Source: Hemiscyllium ocellatum
Taxonomy: Eukaryota
Direction of reading: 5' to 3'
Length of the DNA stretch: 64,000 bases
Assembly: GCF_020745735.1 (NCBI RefSeq)
Contig: NC_083436.1
Span: forward strand, 3,867,299 to 3,931,298
The first letter of the stretch is position 1, and every line of letters starts with the position of its first letter. Of the stretch, positions 61,361 to 64,000 are shown piece after piece. The notes beneath the pieces are model-generated. The model ran no database searches. It was not told the DNA's origin and saw nothing but the letters and a program-made list of their open reading frames with translations. Position numbers and translations under genes: made by a program.

Positions 61361-62600
61361 TTTCAAATGATTTGAATTCTTTTCTCTCAGAGGGTCATGA
61401 GTCTTTGGAACTCACTTCTTTAAAAGATGATAGAAGCAATGTCTTTGCAGTTTTTTAAAATAGAGGTAGCTGGATCTTTGGTGAGCATCTCGATGAAAAT
61501 CAAGGCTAGTTGCAAATGTGAAGTTGATGTTATAATGCAATCTTACTGAATGGTGACGTAGGCTCAAGAATGGCCGACTCATGCTCCTGTTTACCTGTTT
61601 GGGTTTTCTATGTGAGCTTACGGGTGAAATCTTTGAAAATGATGAGTCAAAATAGGTCTTGGCAAAACGATGGGCCTTTGTAATGACAGACAAATGAGAA
61701 TGTATTGAAGACTAAAATTCAATTTGGGTATTCTTGGACCAGTGCTAGTGCTTACATTACTAGAATATTCTGTGCTATGAACAAGCTTCTGGTGTCTAGT
61801 TCTTCGAGGAATATACCCTGTTGGATCAGATATCTGCTAACTCAAAATATTCCTGGAAAGTCATTTTTTGAAATGGAAATTCCCTTATCATGGAATTAAT
61901 GCAATATGCTGCAGTGACACAAACAATCAAAGATTTCAGATTTTAAAACAGCCCAAGTAATGATGCAGGCATGCATGGAAATTTAGACAGGCAGAATGAG
62001 GATGAAAACAATTGGGTAGGTGTGCCTATTACAGCCAAAGTTTAAAGAAATTTTAAAGAGCAATACTTGCCAAATGAACCCCAGAAATATTCAAAGAACA
62101 GTAAATAAGTGTTTCCGGTATGACTAGAATTAGTATCATTCAACCATTCAATGAATAACTAAAACAAATGCCAGGGTCTTTAAACTCATACATGAATGGG
62201 ATTCTGAGGAAGTGGAAGAAGATGATCAACCAGAAGAACTACATTGGTCACAAAAATGCTCAGTGGTGTGACCAATGTGTTAGTTGCAGAATCCTTTTAA
62301 CTATTGGAAATGTTTCTACTCCAAAAGTATGTGGAACAGGTTGATTAAAATCTTATATTGCTTCACTTAGCACAGCATGTTACAGAAGTTTAAGAAATAA
62401 AGTAGTACAACCTGCTTTAGGTTTGCAGATAACAACACTGAGGTCATTATAGAGAGCAATAATCCATTTCATAAGCAGTGAGGTCATCTTTAAATGCTTT
62501 ATAGAAAAGGCATGCATGAACCTTGATGTAAACCATGATATGACAGTTAATTTTGGAAGGTCAGTTTATCTGTAAGTTATCCAGTCAGAATATCATTGCA

Positions 62601-62737
62601 GGAGAAAATAAGGACTGCAGATGCTGGAGATCAGAGCTGAGAATGTGTTGCTGGAAAAGAGCAGCTGGAAGGGCTCATGCCCGAAACGTCGATTCTCCTG
62701 CTCCTTGAATGCTGTCTGACCTGCTGCGCTTTTCCAG
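62601..62737. mobile_element. Penelope family B short inverted insertion
   Basis: Minus arm with tail at 62601-62667, then a plus arm starting inside the HHR (GAAGGGCTCATGCCCGAAACGTCG). Perfect 15-bp TSD CAGAATATCATTGCA at 62586-62600 and 62735-62749. Confidence 0.9.
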
Positions 62738-64000
62738 AATATCATTGCACCCCTTAATAAAGCCTGACATTAGACACATACACATGGCATCAGACCCAAA
62801 CAAAAAGAAATCTCAAAATTACAAAGGACAATTTGTTCAGTCTATTTGTTGTCAAAGCTGAAAGTAAATCCTACTAAAGAATGTTGATGTAGTTAATGAA
62901 AAATATTCAAAGCTTAGAAAAGAGAATTAAATGTGTTAAATCTCTTAAAGCATTGCATTTGTCTAAAGCAAATCCTACACTGTTATATTCTTATGAAAAG
63001 GAAACTTTTCTCTGTTATGCATGTTCTCGATTTATTAAGGGGTGCAATGCAGAACTTGAGAAATTTGTTATTAAGATTCGAGTAGAATTTAAAACTGGGA
63101 ATCAACCTTGTGAATACATTGTTGCAGATATGCTCCACTTATTGTCAAAGCCAATGTTAAATCGACAATTGGTTGTAGGGAGTGTCACACCGGTCTTTTG
63201 TAATTGCATTACATCATCACAATAAGATGATGTTACAGATAGCCCCTGATTGCAAACATGCAACTTGTGAACACTCATTCTTATAAACGAGATCCCATAT
63301 TAATAGTAAAAGATTTGACGTATGAATGCTTTCTTGTACTTATGCACTGTTATTTTATTTTGTATACTATAATGTTCCAACTTGCATAAAAAAATCAACT
63401 TTCGAATGTACTCAAGAAATTTACTCATTCACAACCCAGGGACTACTTATAAAGTTTATAAAGAGACAGAGTCATTTGGAAACCTAATTAAGCAGTTGAA
63501 CTGGCTGGATACTCAAACTAGAGCAGATGCTAATCTGCATGGAAGTTTTGATAAAATAGACTATTTTTAAAAGTACAAAATAGAAGATTATGATTGTTAA
63601 GTCTAGATGAATCTATTCTCAAATTCTTATTTTTCAATGACCCAAAGAACATAAACTAATCATTTTTAAGGAAGTTTCAAATACTAACCTTGCTGACTGC
63701 TATTCCACTGCAGCTGATTTCATGATATTTCTGCATAAAGTAAATATTTTGAAGACTTTAAATTAAAAGTAAAAACACTAACAAGCCATAAACGTTTACA
63801 AATCTATTTATTTTCTCACAGACATTGCTTGACCTGAATATTTTAAGCTTTTGTACTTTTACTTCTGAAATCTAATAACTGCAGCTTTTTGTTATCATAT
63901 TGATATTTAAAGAGGACCTATCTTCTCCATGTCCATATCAAAAATACGAGCTGTTGCTCTGTCCCATAAACAACGTGGTGATTATTTTTGCCAGTGGCCT

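Larger units (their letters stand above)
4445..64000 (-). other. PDGFC: PDGFC intron 1 (partial, over 59 kb; exon 1 outside window)
   Basis: No signal-peptide exon or other host exon was recognised upstream of exon 2. A very long first intron is typical of vertebrate PDGFC. Confidence 0.75.

Noticed and set aside
61900-64000. Repeat-poor AT-rich stretch (also 7700-9900) as conserved enhancer, or exon 1 in ORF 62896..63225
   Set aside because: No signal-peptide exon on the minus strand and no CpG island. Conservation cannot be judged without alignments.

Overview
This is vertebrate, non-bacterial genomic DNA, almost certainly from a cartilaginous fish. The HE1-type SINEs and HER1/CR1 LINEs are typical of sharks. 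The only host coding sequence is one 196-bp exon on the minus strand (4249-4444), encoding the N-terminal half of the CUB domain of PDGF-C (exon 2). Everything to its right is most simply intron 1 and everything to its left intron 2. The rest of the window is transposon-derived: many CR1 LINE fragments (one near full-length), HE1 V-SINEs, Rex/Babar and L2 tails, two Tigger-like MITEs and possible LTR relics. The most interesting component is about 15 insertions from at least four distinct Penelope-like (GIY-YIG) retroelement families, here labelled A-D. Each family carries its own minimal hammerhead ribozyme (HHR) motif in its terminal repeat. Most copies are 110-300 bp asymmetric palindromes or inverted-end insertions with 9-16 bp target-site duplications (TSDs). 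Two families can be tied to GIY-YIG-coding parents inside the window. One HHR has a U3-A8 pair in place of the canonical C3-G8 core pair. The Penelope-HHR association itself is established knowledge. The shark families, the core variant, the insertion architecture and the cross-family nesting are the parts worth checking for novelty. Nearly all ORFs in the supplied track are TE debris or chance frames. Repeat boundaries were read by eye, and those without a stated TSD are approximate.
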